A stretch of 64,000 nucleotides of DNA, from assembly GCA_964016885.1 (NCBI GenBank), contig OZ024756.1:30194001-30258000 (forward strand), given 5' to 3'. Below are positions 60,548 through 64,000 of this stretch, one piece after another (position 1 is the stretch's first letter; each line of letters opens with the position of its first letter). The notes beneath the pieces were generated by a model. It was given only the letters and a program-made list of their open reading frames with translations. It ran no database searches and was not told the DNA's origin. The position numbers and the translations under genes are program-made. Source of the DNA: Eledone cirrhosa (Eukaryota).

Positions 60548-61074
60548 TCGGAGAAAGTCGATTAAATCGACCGCAGTACCTTACTGGTACTTTATTTTAT
60601 CGATCCCGTAAGGATGAAAGGCAAAGCTTACCACGGTGGGATTTGAACTCAGATCATAAAGGGCCGTAACTCTATGCTCCAAAGCATGGTGTCCGACTCC
60701 CTGCTAATACCGCCAATCCTCCGCTCTCATATACGAAACCAATAATAAAAATTAAAATAAAAATCGACACGAAATCAAGACCTTTCAATCGTCAGCCGAA
60801 CACCCTAAATACTTAAACATGCGGCGTTCGCAACTACGATAAAAAGTATTATTGCACGCCCTCATTCCTATATATTGGTTCCCGTCGTGTGGTTTTAATA
60901 TTGATATAAGTCGTTGTTGTTATTGTTGTTACTGCCTCAGTTTATTGTTAGCCTTGAGGTCTTATTTTTTATCTAATCACGTCATTTTTTCCTTTTGCTA
61001 TTTCGTCTTTCCTGAAGTCAATGTGACGGGTGATGAGTGCCACGACCATCTGGTGTTTTGATTTTATGATACAC

Positions 61075-61182
<108 letters not shown>

Positions 61183-61333
61183 GACACATACACACACACA
61201 CACACACACACACCACACATATATATATATGTACATATATGTATATATATGTGTATATATATATTTATATATAAATACATATAAATATATATGTAGATGC
61301 GCGTACATATATAAATGTATATATCTACATCTG

Positions 61334-61397
<64 letters not shown>

Positions 61398-61442
61398 GGA
61401 AAAAGTATGACCCCGACGGCAGAGCTCAAGCCGTTTCGACGG

Positions 61443-61478
<36 letters not shown>

Positions 61479-61515
61479 TATATATATATATAATGTATAT
61501 ATATAATGTATATAT

Positions 61516-61580
<65 letters not shown>

Positions 61581-61581
61581 G

Positions 61582-61612
<31 letters not shown>

Positions 61613-61625
61613 ATATATATAGCCC

Positions 61626-61751
<126 letters not shown>

Positions 61752-61841
61752 TTACATATGTATATATATACATCTATCTATATATATATACAGTATATAT
61801 ACTTGTATGTAAATATATATGTATATATGTATATATATGTA

Positions 61842-61890
<49 letters not shown>

Positions 61891-62110
61891 ATGTGTGTGT
61901 GTTTGTGTTTACGTTTGTATGTATATGTATATATAGATATATATATATTCATGTATGTATACATATATATATGTATATATATATATATATGTGTGTATGT
62001 ATACTTATTTATGCATACAAATATATATAAATATATATTTATGTATGCCTTTTTCGTTTTTGCATTTATTGGCAACATGACCCTTGCAAAGTATAACAAT
62101 ATATATATAA

Positions 62111-62171
<61 letters not shown>

Positions 62172-62177
<6 letters not shown>

Positions 62178-62301
62178 AACGAGTAGAACCCCGACGGCTG
62201 AGCTCAAGCCGTTTCGACGGCTAATTCTGACTCTGAACTCAGTCCAGAATTAGCCGTCGAAACGGCTTGAGCTCAGCCGTCGGGGTCCTACTCGTTCCTA
62301 T
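62172..62301. mobile_element. Family H near-perfect fold-back palindrome in (TA)n
   Basis: About 57-bp arms around GACTCTGAACTCAGTC; a half copy lies at 61396-61445. Confidence 0.85.
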
Positions 62302-62935
62302 ATATATATATATATATATACAGATAGATATAGATTGATAGATATTCACATATATATATATCCTATACATAACTTTATGCAACACACATATATCTCTATG
62401 TCTCTTGTCATTTTAAAGTTCATACACACACACACACACGTGCATATACACGCCCGCACGTGCATATACAGAAACAAATACACGTGTTTACATACCGCAT
62501 ACCTTGACTTCTAGTTCCGCTTTCGTCACCTTTTCTTTTTCCTTGGTATATACTAATGCAAGCCATTTTGTGTCTTATATATATTTTGTGTCTTATATAT
62601 ATTTTTTCTCCTTTTCCATCTCCTTAGATTTAATGTTTGGAAAGTCTGCTTTCAATTGCTACAAATTAACAAAATAAAAACACAATAATAAAAACAGTAA
62701 CAACAGCAAAATTACAATGATGATGAATGTATATATAAATCGATAACATTCCTGATTTCCAAAGACTTAATCGAAATCACGATTGAGAAATTATAAAAAA
62801 ACAACAGAGAAATCTATGATAGTAATGGCGACAAAGAAAAGGTTAGAAAAAAAAAAGATTTATAAGCAAAAGAGATAGGAGTAATTATTCACCTTAAGAC
62901 TTAAAATACACATTATCGCCACAACAGTTAAAGAG

Positions 62936-62966
<31 letters not shown>

Positions 62967-63053
62967 TGTATGTATGTATGTATGTATGTATGTATGTTCG
63001 CGCATGTGTATGTATTTTTGTGTTGTATATACGAAACTGTGTATACCTTCCCG

Positions 63054-63160
<107 letters not shown>

Positions 63161-63165
63161 TTACA

Positions 63166-63202
<37 letters not shown>

Positions 63203-63206
63203 TTGC

Positions 63207-63256
<50 letters not shown>

Positions 63257-63307
63257 GTGTATATATATATACATGTATATATATACATGTATATGTATCT
63301 GTATATA

Positions 63308-63354
<47 letters not shown>

Positions 63355-63393
63355 GTATATATATATACATACACATATACATATATATATATA

Positions 63394-63461
<68 letters not shown>

Positions 63462-63520
63462 CATGTATATAATATATAAACATATACATGTATATGTACA
63501 TACATGTATATATACATGTA

Positions 63521-63576
<56 letters not shown>

Positions 63577-63604
63577 ATATACATGTATGTACATGTATAT
63601 ATAT

Positions 63605-63654
<50 letters not shown>

Positions 63655-63708
63655 ATAATATATAAACATATACATGTATATGTACATACATGTATATATA
63701 CATGTATA

Positions 63709-63744
<36 letters not shown>

Positions 63745-64000
63745 ACGAAAGCAGGCAGTATAATTGATTTAGGTGTCACTGAAACCTCCCACTGGATTCT
63801 ACCAACAATTTCCAGGAGGTCCAGGTAAATTCTGTTTAGCTTGCTTCGTTGTTTTGGCTCCGAAGGTTGATGGCTTCACGACCACTGTTTAAATTTTGTC
63901 TGGCCTCTATAACGTATGTTAATTGCTGTGGTCTTCTTTTAGTCCATTGAGCGCTTGCCGAAGATTGCGTTTCGTTTTTGTTTTTGGTCACCGCCGAAAT

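Overview
AT-rich, microsatellite-saturated eukaryotic DNA, either intronic or intergenic. The SINE families suggest an octopod cephalopod; this is inferred from recalled repeat sequences and not verified. No host protein-coding gene is supported, and nearly all ORFs in the track are translations of (TA)n, (CA)n, (CAT)n or (GGT)n repeats. Real content: about 25 copies of a tRNA-derived SINE; relics of L1/Tx1, RTE and R4/Dong retrotransposons; MULE and possibly mariner transposase relics; MITEs; several minisatellites. The main hidden signal is a set of at least 7 unrelated short module families carrying type-I hammerhead ribozyme (HHR) motifs (CUGANGA...GAAA...UH with pairable stems I-III). These modules sit in (TA)n tracts, are often arranged as fold-back inverted repeats whose turn falls in or near the ribozyme, and five families share a downstream RCTC-N13-17-GAGYRC hairpin. 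They are most consistent with Penelope-like-element (PLE) or retrozyme-type termini, although no PLE reverse transcriptase is present here. All folds and translations were done by eye.
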